A DNA stretch of 64,000 nt from Callorhinchus milii. Taxonomy: Eukaryota. The position numbers and the translations under genes are program-made. The number at the start of each line of letters is the position of its first letter. Position 1 is the stretch's first letter. The notes beneath the pieces were generated by a model. It worked only from the letters and a program-made list of their open reading frames with translations. It was not told the DNA's origin and searched no databases. This document shows positions 41,575-51,640 of this stretch, piece by piece. The stretch is from positions 54,996,001 through 55,060,000 of the forward strand of contig NW_024704742.1 in assembly GCF_018977255.1 (NCBI RefSeq). Reading direction: 5' to 3'.

Positions 41575-42190
41575 GAAAGCTAATGTGATGCTAGATTTTA
41601 TAAATAGGTGCACAGAATATAAAACCAAATAGGTAATGCATAACGTGTAAGAATCATGCTAGATCAAACTTAGAATATTGTGTCCAGTTTTGGTCACCCC
41701 AATTTAGGAAGATCATCAGAGCCCTAGAGATGGTGCAGAAGTCATTTGCTGGGATGATACCAGAGATGAGTGGTTTGACCTATTAGCAGAAATTGGAGGT
41801 ACTGGGCCTATTTTCTTTGGAACAGAGAAGATTGAGAGGAAACCTGATACAAGCCTTTAAAACTATGATGGGTTTTTGTTAGAGTCGGTAGAGAGAAATT
41901 ATTTCACAATTTGGTGAGTCAATGACTGGGGGCATCAATTTAAGCTAACAAGGAGCAAAGTGGGAGAATAGAGGGATTTTTTTTAGTAAAGTTATTAAGA
42001 TGGCGGAATGCCCTTCTGGGAGTGATGGTTGAGACAGGGTCTATTTTAACTTCACCTCTAGATAAATATCTAAAAAGGAACAATCTGCAGAGGTATGACA
42101 AAAGGAAGGTAAATAAGGCTGAATCGATTGCTCTTTCAAGGAGCCAGCACAGACACAGTGAACTGAAAGATCTTTGATTGTGCTATAATT
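41575..42190 (+). mobile_element. CR1 LINE fragment
   Basis: ttagaatattgtgtccagttttggtcacc (LEYCVQFWSP) and LRGNLIQAFKTM. Confidence 0.85.
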
Positions 42191-42539
42191 GTTTATGGCC
42201 GTGTGTGCCATAGCAGGAGAGTTTAGAACTGCTTTCTATAAAGCACTCAGTGCAGCTCAAATGATGCTGAAACATATTCAACACCTGAAATCAAACACAT
42301 TGGAAATAGATGTAATAGTATGATATGTGGAGATATGGACAACAGAAGTAGAAATTTTCACCAAAACATCTGCTGTGTGACATTTGCCTAACCTGATTGA
42401 TGTGAGCTTGCAATATTCATTAACAAACAGTAGAAAATTACCTAATGGTTATTCTTTTAAAAAATAAAATCAGCCAAATATAATGTAGATTACTTAATGC
42501 TACACCATATTTTGATAATCCATTCATTAAAATTGTTTA

Positions 42540-42900
42540 CTAAAACAGAAGTCGCTGGGAACACTCAGCAGGTCAGGCAGCATCTATGGAGAAAGGAAAG
42601 TGAGTCAATGTTTCGGGTCCACGACCCTTCGTCAGAACTAGGACAAGTTGGAAGGGAGAGGCTTTTAAGAGCTAACAGAGAGGTGAGAGGTAGGGCAAGA
42701 AAGACAAAGTAGAAAATTGGTTAGAGGACAGGGGATGATGGGTTGAAGCGGTGTTAATGATACAAACAAATTGGGGAATTGCAACAAAAAAGGCAGACCA
42801 GAGAGAAAAAAAGGTGTGTTTGGGACCCAGGTGATGTGGTAATGGTCATAAAGAGGGGTAGAGGGAAGGTGAGCTGTTATGCTCTCAAATTATTGAAATA
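42540..42900 (-). mobile_element. Penelope-like element 3' end / pseudo-LTR remnant
   Basis: gctgggaacactcagcaggtcaggcagcatc...gtttcgggtc...gacccttcgtcagaac resembles the chondrichthyan Penelope terminal repeat as I recall it. It contains a hammerhead core, and the minus strand near 42895 reads FNNLR, similar to a Penelope ORF C-terminus. Confidence 0.7.
42603..42639 (-). ncRNA. Minimal type I hammerhead ribozyme motif, probably degenerate
   Basis: The minus strand reads AGUU-CUGACGA-A-GGGUC(GUG)GACCC-GAAAC-AUU-GACU: both catalytic boxes, a 5-bp stem II and a 4-bp stem I. Confidence 0.7.
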
Positions 42901-43047
42901 ATTAAAATTCTTTTTATGCCTTATCCTTGGTTGGCAACTAAAATTACCTAAATACCATAAAACTATGTTTACTTCCTGCTCCAGAGATCACGTGAACTCT
43001 TGTATGTTCTATAAATATAATGTACTTTTTTCCCTTCTATTTTGTAG

Positions 43048-43184
43048 GAACCTGTCGTCTTCAGTAAATGTTACTAGTGCTTACGGTGTAGGTGGTTTTA
43101 CACCGTATGGGCTATCTGGAATGTTAGCTGGTGCTGCAACCTGCTTCTATGCCTTTGTTGGGTTTGATTGTATTGCTACTACAG
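43048..43184 (+). CDS. slc7a2: CAT-2 coding exon 4
   Basis: Encodes [21 protein letters not shown]...[13 protein letters not shown]; 137 nt; tgtag| acceptor and |gtgaga donor. Confidence 0.95.
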
Positions 43185-43369
43185 GTGAGAACTAGAAAAG
43201 TGTAGACATTGATTAATTGTATCTGTTACTTGTCCTACCACTTCTCTGGTCTGTCAATATTTTCCTATTCAATCATTCACACTATTTCCAAATTTACCCA
43301 ATTAAAATAGCCTCATAACATGCAAAGTCTTCATAAGCAAGCACTCATACCGTTTTACTTCTCTTCTAG

Positions 43370-43592
43370 GCGAAGAAGTGCAAAATCCTCAAAAGGCTAT
43401 TCCAATAGGAATCGTGACTTCCCTTTTGGTTTGCTTTGTGGCTTACTTTGGAGTCTCGGCAGCCCTGACCCTCATGATGCCTTACTATCTCCTGGATGAA
43501 AGAAGCCCTCTCCCTGTTGCCTTTGTATATGTGGGCTGGGGTCCTGCTAAGTATGCAGTGGCTGTGGGATCTCTCTGTGCTCTATCAACAAG
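43370..43592 (+). CDS. slc7a2: CAT-2 coding exon 5
   Basis: Encodes (G)[15 protein letters not shown]...GSLCALST; 223 nt; ttctag| acceptor and |gtatga donor. Confidence 0.96.
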
Positions 43593-44161
43593 GTATGAAA
43601 TGATTTAGTCTTCTTTTAAAATGACCTTTTGTAAAGCATGTTTTGCTGAGTTTTAATATAACAGTAGCTTAAATTTAGTTCTCTCCTCCATACATCTGGT
43701 CCCCACACTACATTCTTGAAAAACTAATGTAAGCAGCTGGTACTGTATAACATATCTATTTACAGGATATCAAAGTGGCTGAAGAATTCGTTAAAAAAAA
43801 GTTTACTGTAAGTCTGGCCATTTCGGACCTTGGAGTCTGCTCCTTCCACACAACCATGTGAAATTGCATTCCCATATTTAACTTACTGAATCTCCTAGGG
43901 GAATCATATAATAACAGATAAAACTTCCCATGGATTAAATTCAGAAATCTCTCTCTGCCCATCTAAAATAATATGAAGTCCCAGGATCCCAATGACATTA
44001 CATGAGAAAAGCTGGATTGTTGGTATCGAGAGACATGGTTGAGATTTTTATTATGAGCATCAGCATTGAGCAAATAGTTTCTGCCTTTCTATCTCTATTG
44101 ATAAATCTACTGCCCAGCATGAAGATAAGCAAGATTCCCAGTTCAATCTCAGGCTATGCTC

Positions 44162-44604
44162 CCGGGTGTGTGTTAATCTGCCTCAGTTGGTAGCACTCTC
44201 TCCTCTGAGTCAGAAATCTATGGTTCAAGCCCCACATCAAGATTTTGAATTCATATAGTCTGGACTGATAATCCAATGAAGTGCTGTGGGTCTGTCGCAT
44301 TGTTGGAGGTGCCATCATTTGAATGAGACATTAAACTGTCTGTCTGTTCAGGTGAATGTTAAAGGTTCCATGGCATTATTCAAAAAGCAATGAGAGTTTC
44401 TTCCTCTGTGCTGGTCAATAATCTCCAATAAAATTTATCACTTACCCGATGACTGTTTGTGGAACATTGCTGTGAGCAAATTGACTGCTACATGTCCCCA
44501 CAAAACACACAGTCACTATGCTTTACAGTATATCCTGTGAAGCACTTTGCCACGTCCTCCCAAAATGAAAGGCGATTCACATACCAAATGTGAAGATTAT
44601 TATT
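44162..44604 (+). mobile_element. Deu-domain SINE, near full length
   Basis: ctcagttggtagcactctctcctctgagtcagaa head, Deu body and (tta)n tail. Confidence 0.78.
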
Positions 44605-46496
44605 AGGAGTAGTATTATCTGTTTTCATTTGCATAATTTAGGATTTGGAATGTGAGCCTTAATTTTAAGACTTTCATTTTCCCTTTCCATCATTGTCCTG
44701 CAAACACTGAGACAATTGCAACACACCTCTGCTTCTGCTTGAAATCACTTACCTCTGCAGAAGATAGGGATTGAATTTGGAGTTTTTCTAGATTATGTGG
44801 CACCATATGGTAGACTGACCCATTTAGCCATCATGGGACCCTGTCAGATGCACTTTTTATTCCAAATAAATAGTACTGAGCCTCAAAAATATTGTTAACT
44901 AGATTTCCTTCTCTCATTCATTGTCTGTAGTTTTTGCTCATGAAATAGTATAACCTCTGTTATAATGAATATGCAAACGATATAGGTAACAATGTTTTGA
45001 TTTTGTTTGCTATACACAATACAGTGAAGTATTTATGAGAAATGTGTGTTAAGCCCATTCTGCATTATAGGTTTAGCTTTTGCTATACATTGTCAGCATT
45101 ATATATCTATATTTTATTTGTTGAATAAGAATGTCCTTGTAATAACATTGAAGTACGTCAAATACTGCGTTTTATTTGGAGACTCGTTGGAAGTGGGAAA
45201 ATGATATTTACCCAATAAGAGATTTTTGTGTATATTGAAACCTTCAAGTTATAAGATCAGCAACACTTTGCATTGCTAATGCTGAGCTCAATTTTCACAT
45301 CTACTGCAGTAGAGCAAGATGGATTGTTACCTTGTGCATTTTAACAATGATAGTTATTGGCCAATAGAGGATTAAGAGGAAAACATTGGGTGTTACTATC
45401 ATTGACCTGCGGTTGTACACAAAATATCTGGTGTAACGCATTCCACTAGATGTCTATTGATGGTCAAGAATGAGCCTGCATGCATATAATTCAAAGAAAA
45501 GCCTTTATAATGATTCAAAGAGACACCAGCCATGAAGATAGTTTGTTTGTAAACTGCACCAGGCCCAGCCCTTATTCTACTGGAATGACATTTTTGTGCA
45601 TGATATTCCATATCTCCGATGAGAAGCAGCCTTGCATATCATCATCAATTAGCCCAACAGCATCAGTAATACACAGTCCCTACGTATCACACAGAAGGAA
45701 CACAATAATTTAAAGCAAATATTTTACTTTTTGTAAATCGAGTTCAGTTCATTTAATACATTTTAGATGATGATCTACACATTGCAAAGTAACTAACGCT
45801 TGCAAAATAGTTTGAATGTGCAAAACATGTACTGATGACAAAATAACAAACCTTCTCAAGGCAAGAGTTGATTCTCGCCTCTCTGAAAGACGAGAAGGGC
45901 TCTGTTGAAGTGTGGAAGCAAATCTTGCAACCTAGACATTGAAATGTAATAAAAATTTTATTATCCATATTTTATATTATTTTACAGTTACATTACTGTT
46001 ATTATGTTACAGTTGTGTCATTATTACAGTTTGTCATCCATTTTCTTGTAAAGAATTGTTCTTTTGCTCTAAACTGGTAAGGGACAAGAATCACCTCAAT
46101 TTATTTCTCCCCAGTTGCTGGTTTTGCACTGCAGTGATTCAGTAATTTAATGCCTTGTGATATTTTCTCACATTTGCTTATCAGACTAATATTTCAGAAT
46201 CAGTTGGGATGCTAGCTTTGCTTAATATCCAAAGACCTCTTTGTCTTGTAATTATTGGTGCTACTCTGTGCATGAAAAAACTTTCAGAGACAAATTCAAC
46301 CTGGGCTTGGATTTTTGCTCAATTTATTGAGTATTCAGCATTTTAGAGCATACATGATTGGCAAATTCTTAAATATGCTCTTAAATTTGAAGCCAATTTT
46401 CTGTATATTTGTTTTAAGAACTACAAGAAATATACCGCAACATTAAGACTGACTTCACCAATTTTCCAAATTCTGGACTCTAAAATGCTACATAAA

Positions 46497-46841
46497 ATTA
46501 GAGCACTCGCCTCATAAGTGAGGGACCTGGGTTCAATTCCCAGCAGGGCGAAATGTTGGGCAAGTTTCCTTCCTCCATACGCTTCTGCTTACCTAGCAGT
46601 AAGTAGGACCCGTTTTTTAGTCGATTGACGGATTGCTTTTCCAGGGGTAATAATTCCTTCAAAAAAATATTGGTCACTTCAATCACGATTGTTTGGGGAC
46701 ACTGCTGTATGCAATTGGCTGCTGCGTTTCACCCACAAGACACACAGTCAATTCACTTTACAGTATATTCTGTGAAGTGCTTTGAGACGTCTCAAAGACG
46801 TGATAAGACGCTATTTCAAATGCAAGGATTATTATTATTAT
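46497..46841 (+). mobile_element. tRNA-derived SINE
   Basis: Same family as 25536, with the first part of the head missing. Confidence 0.88.
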
Positions 46842-47750
46842 ATAAGCAAAGTAAATCTAGACCCAAGTGGAATTTCTCCCCCTTGATCTTACCCCTTTAC
46901 AAATGAGACGATGCTTCGTTTAAAACCAGTGATCAATACAATGTGTGCTCAACAGCTTTGAAATTGCATTGAAGAAGAGCTTTGAACCACACAAAATGCA
47001 GCTCAAGTAATTACTAGCAAAAAGTGCTTCTCTTTTTTTTATTTAAACATTGATCATATTCTCTGAGTGATTAGACATTAAACTCAGTTTCTCTTTGTGT
47101 GGTCTGCAGAAGTAGTGCAGAACTTTAAAGATTTAATTGAATGAGCAACATTTTGCTCTGAGATGCTACCATGCATGGAGAGCGCTATATAAGTGTTGAT
47201 GTTTTCAAAATCAGTTGCAAAAAATTATAACGAGCCTAGATTTATGGTTTTAACTATTATATCTACATCTTTAACCATATTTTGTTTAAACAGTGAGTAC
47301 TGGTGACCTGATTAGCAAAGTTACTGAGTCTGATGGTGTGCAGGAAAACATACAAGCATTTAGGGTATTAATAGACACACAGATCTACATAATCAGTGGA
47401 CATGGTAGTCTATGGTGTTAAAGCTAGTGGGAGGCAGTTGAAAGGTTTTGATGGTTGAATTTCATTAAGCCCCGCTTAGTAACAGGTAATTCAGTTGGAG
47501 ATAAAATGAAGGGTGACAGTCTATTTTAGGGCAATCATGTGTGGACAGTAGAAGGAGTGGAGTTGGTACACTGAATGACCTTCTATGTTTCTGATGTACC
47601 AGAAGATAAAGGTCGTATGTGGAACTGTATTTCAATAGAAAGTGGGAGAAAGGCATCTTAAACACCTTCAGAAGTGGAGATCGGGAAGGGAGACAATTGC
47701 CAGAGAAGAGAACATTTTATTGATGTATTAGTTGTGCAGAAAGCAAAACA

Positions 47751-47920
47751 ATTAAAATGTAAATGATTAAAATCCAGTTTTTACTTTAAAGCATCATACT
47801 GAATCTGAGTTGCACAGGTTTCGACAAGTTGCTTTAAAGTAAAAACTGGATTTTAATCATTCACATTTTAATGATGAATGTTTCAATGATGAATGTGACA
47901 ACACATTCATCATTGAAACA
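47751..47920. repeat. Two adjacent inverted repeats (43-bp arms and 19-bp arms)
   Basis: 47751-47793 vs 47830-47872 (1 mismatch); 47879-47897 vs 47902-47920 (perfect). Confidence 0.92.
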
Positions 47921-48357
47921 AAATATTGTATCAATGGAATGTATATTACAGCATTGGGAAAACCCAACAAGAGTAATATTTATGTGATTTTATCATGGAA
48001 ATGTCAAATTTATATAATTTATTAACCCAGAGAAGAAAATTGGTTTCCAGAATTTCTGGGTTCGCCAAAATATCAATGCATATTTCTGATTCTACTTCTA
48101 AATGATGATTGTGGAGCTTCAACTTCAAGTCATATTTTGTGTGATTTTATTGCAAGACTCGACATTCACTTCCTCATTGCTTGTCCAGTGCATGTGCATG
48201 TAGACGACTAAATTCTGTCATCCTTGATGGGTGAACAAATTGTGGAAATTTCCCATTAGTCTCGTCTCATTAATCTGTCTAATGACTGTATGACTATTGA
48301 TGTGACACAGGAGGTGGGGGGAGGGATAGAGGAGGGGAAGTTTAGGAAGCAAGTATC

Positions 48358-48490
48358 AGATATAGAATTGCCCTGGGATCGCTGTTATCTCTTGTACTAG
48401 TGTGGTCTTCTGTGCAAAGCTCAAAGGAGAATTACCTTAGACCACACTAGCACAAAAGATAACAGTGATCCCAGGACAAACTCTATATCT
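48358..48490. repeat. Imperfect inverted repeat with arms of about 51 bp and a 30-nt loop
   Basis: agatatag...tagtgtggtct pairs with agaccacacta...ctatatct. Confidence 0.88.
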
Positions 48491-49153
48491 AGAGAATATC
48501 TTCCAGCCCTCTTTATAGACCAGCTTGCCCACCTTGCAGGCCTACCACCACTGTCTAACTCAGTTTGAAGGAGTTACTATGAAGCTCTTCCAGCTGAGGA
48601 ATACCCAAGAAAGCATGCCACTGAAGCAGTGTAGAAGGCCAAGACTGGAAAGGTCAGAACAGGAGAGGGAGGCGTCACATAGAGGTCAGGCCATGTTTGT
48701 CGTTAGAATGGAGATTTGGCAAAGCGACCTCTCAAACAACTCTTTTCTCAGTTTATACAGGAGCAGCAGCAAATTTGGTGTACAAAAATTGGAGGGGTGG
48801 GGTGGGTTATCAATTATTGTCTTATATGAAGCACATGGGGCTGTAGATAATAATGTATCATTTAAGGAACGATTTTACTTTTCCTAAGTGGGTGTAAGAC
48901 CGACCCAGACAAGGTGGGTTGAATGGTCTGTTTCTGTACTGTAACATTTTTGATATTATTTTGAATTTTTGGAGGAGGACAGAAGAGAAAAGTGGAACGA
49001 ATTGAATTACAACAGCAACTTTTCCTACAGGACAAGGAGAAATATGGGAATTTATGTGGAGTCTGCAGCGCAGTGTTTCATTTTCATTAATTTACTGCAT
49101 CCATTGCTGTGTCTCTGATTCGCAACGTGTGCATGTCTCTCCTCTTCATTCAG

Positions 49154-49293
49154 TCTGCTTGGTTCCATTTTCCCAATGCCTCGCGTAATCTATGCTATGG
49201 CAGAAGATGGGTTGCTTTTCAAAGGTTTAGCCGTCATCAACCCTAAGACGAAGACTCCAGTTGTGGCTACAATGTCATCGGGTATGGTTGCAG
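49154..49293 (+). CDS. slc7a2: Mutually exclusive exon, CAT-2B (high-affinity) type
   Basis: Encodes [47 protein letters not shown]; 140 nt; phase 2 in, phase 1 out; ttcag| acceptor and |gtgaga donor. Confidence 0.95.
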
Positions 49294-50328
49294 GTGAGAT
49301 TTTGTTGAGCGGAGGAAGAAGGAAATTGAGGAATTGTGCGGTATATATTTTTTTATGTATATATATATGAGCAAATGTTGAATGAAAATGACAGATAAGT
49401 CAGTGCATTCAATTTATGTCTAATTTTTAAAAATTGATTCGTAATTTGTATTGGCATTACACCGTTTTCAGTGTATTTTTCAAATGTATCAAACTAAAAT
49501 AACATAAAGGTGCTTAATTTTTGAATTGACATTGCTGGTCGGAGAATAGTTGGTTACAGCTTAGCAGAGCAGCATTCTTTCTCTAGGGTTGTCATTTTTG
49601 TTTCAGTAGATAGCAGTTCATGTTTCTGCCCTCTTGTAACCTACCCTGTTGAAAAGGCATATCTGAAGGATAGTGGTAGGGGATGCAATACATTCTGAAA
49701 TCACCTAAGTTAGCGAGCATCTGATATCCTTTTGGCTTTTTTTAAAAAATCTTTGTACATTTTTCTCTCATCGAAATTTAACTGCAAGTCACTGCTCATT
49801 TAAAAGTTTCAGTGCTGATGGTTGATGAGCTGGAGCTCTGTGCATGGAAAATTGCCTCTTGCCATGATAAAGTTATGCCTCAGAATTATGTCCATAACCA
49901 GCTCTTTCTGAAGTTTTAAGCTTAATGCAGAGAGACAGCCCATCCACAGTAAAGTTAATCCGCCCATTACAAAGAAATACAAATCTTTATGTTTTCCACT
50001 TAATGATTTTCATTAAAATAGCTTAATGGTTCACAACAAAGTACGTTTTGGGAGCAGAGTAAAAGGAGCCTTCACTCTGCGTCTAATCACATTATACCTG
50101 ACCTCGAAGTGCTACATTATGACACCCAGAATGCAGTGTCCTGTTATCTGGCACCACCATCACTCACCTCTGTGAGCAAAAGCTAATGTAATCAAAGCTA
50201 GAGATTGAGGGCCTGACTGCTGGCTTTGACATTCTATATTTGCTAAATGTGTATCCATTTAGAACAAGTAGCACTAGAATGTGTTGTGTGTATATTTTTT
50301 NATTTGAACTGTGACTTCCTTTTTTTAG

Positions 50329-50465
50329 CCTGTTGGGGTCCATGTTCCCTTTACCCAGAGTTATATTTGCTATGGCACGAGATGGTTTACTGTTCAGGTT
50401 TCTGGCAAAAGTGAGTAAGAGGCAGACGCCAATTGCTGCAACAATGGCATCAGGGGTCATCTCTG
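50329..50465 (+). CDS. slc7a2: Mutually exclusive exon, CAT-2A (low-affinity) type
   Basis: Encodes [46 protein letters not shown]; 137 nt; same phases as the 2B exon; tttttag| acceptor and |gtaagc donor. Not shown on the + strand in the ORF track. Confidence 0.95.
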
Positions 50466-51504
50466 GTAAGCTGATGTCACTTGTCTTTTCACCCTGAAGA
50501 GATCTCATGCTTTGATTTGAGCATGTCTGGGGCTTGCTGCACTTTCCCATGAAGCATGCAGACTCTTGGTGCCTTCATTAATCAGGTGGTGAGGACTGTG
50601 CTACTAGTAGATATGCCGGGTCTAATAAGTGAAATTTATGGAAGCAGATATTTTAATCCGCTTTACATTTTACGATAAATGGATTAAATCATTTTCTGGC
50701 GTCTGTTTAAAAGACTGAGTGAATCCACTTCATTTTATGAAATGAAAATGACTGCTGAAAAAAAATTGCCTTTTGGGAAAAAAAGTTTTTTTTAAAAAGA
50801 AAAGAAGCCAAGCATATCTACCTACAAAGGCAGTTGTTCATGTGATTATTTAAACAGTGATAATGAGATTAAAATGTGACCTTTATAAAACCACCAGACC
50901 AGATATTTCAAGTCCACTCAGACAGATAATGTCAAGTAATATTTCTTCAGAGTGACTTAGTTGTGTCCATCTCAGAATGAACTTGTATCAATATAAAAGT
51001 ATTTTACAAATCACTTATTTGTGTTTCCACTAATCTCTGTAAATTTTGACAATTGTTATTACTTCTGGTAAGTGCTAATTCCAAGAATTTGAAGTTCCAC
51101 TTTATATTTAAACCGTATTGGCCTGAGACAGATTACAGAGTTTCTTAACCCTCTCTGGGGGGGGAGGGGAACCCAATAGAAGCCTGGAAAGTGCAGAGAA
51201 ACCCACACTTCTACCGAGAGGCAGACTAGGTAGTGAGTTTGTTAAGCAAAGTTCCAGCCATTAAGATATCTCTTTCACGTGAAAATTGTTCTGTATTCAG
51301 TAAAATAAAAGTAACGCCGAATTGCATTTGCTCCATTCACGATATACCAACTGCTCTAAAGCGTGAGTCTAAATTCCAAGTTGTAAGAATGATTAATACC
51401 TTCCTGAGTGTGTTATATTGAATCCTAAATACCATGAATTCTTAGTGTCCCAAAATCTGCTGGATTCAGAATACAGGGCAAATCATAATATTCAGCTTCC
51501 TGCT

Positions 51505-51640
51505 GTAAAATGGCTTGTCAGATTGCCATTGACGTCACTTCCTGCTCATTGCACGTACCACCAGTCCCACTTCTTACCACATCTGTGCCAGGCGCAGAAA
51601 GCACCACTAACATTATTTCGCAAATGATGTCGGCCATTTA
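51505..51640. promoter_or_regulatory. Candidate intronic enhancer (ETS-CRE composite, C/EBP-like, HRE-like and YY1-like motifs)
   Basis: TGACGTCACTTCCTG at 51530-51544, AAAATGGC at 51507, CACGTA at 51552, ATTTCGCAAA at 51615. Confidence 0.35.

Noticed and set aside
50164..50550. 128-aa minus-strand ORF (and 37743-37970, 41023-41349)
   Set aside because: These are antisense shadows of slc7a2 exons; the 50164 ORF also spans the ambiguous base at 50301.
49044..50565. Short complementarity between sequence upstream of 2B (gagtctgca, 49059) and downstream of 2A (tgcagactc, 50557) as a docking/selector pair
   Set aside because: It is only 9 bp, could be chance, and would loop out both exons. It needs covariation evidence.
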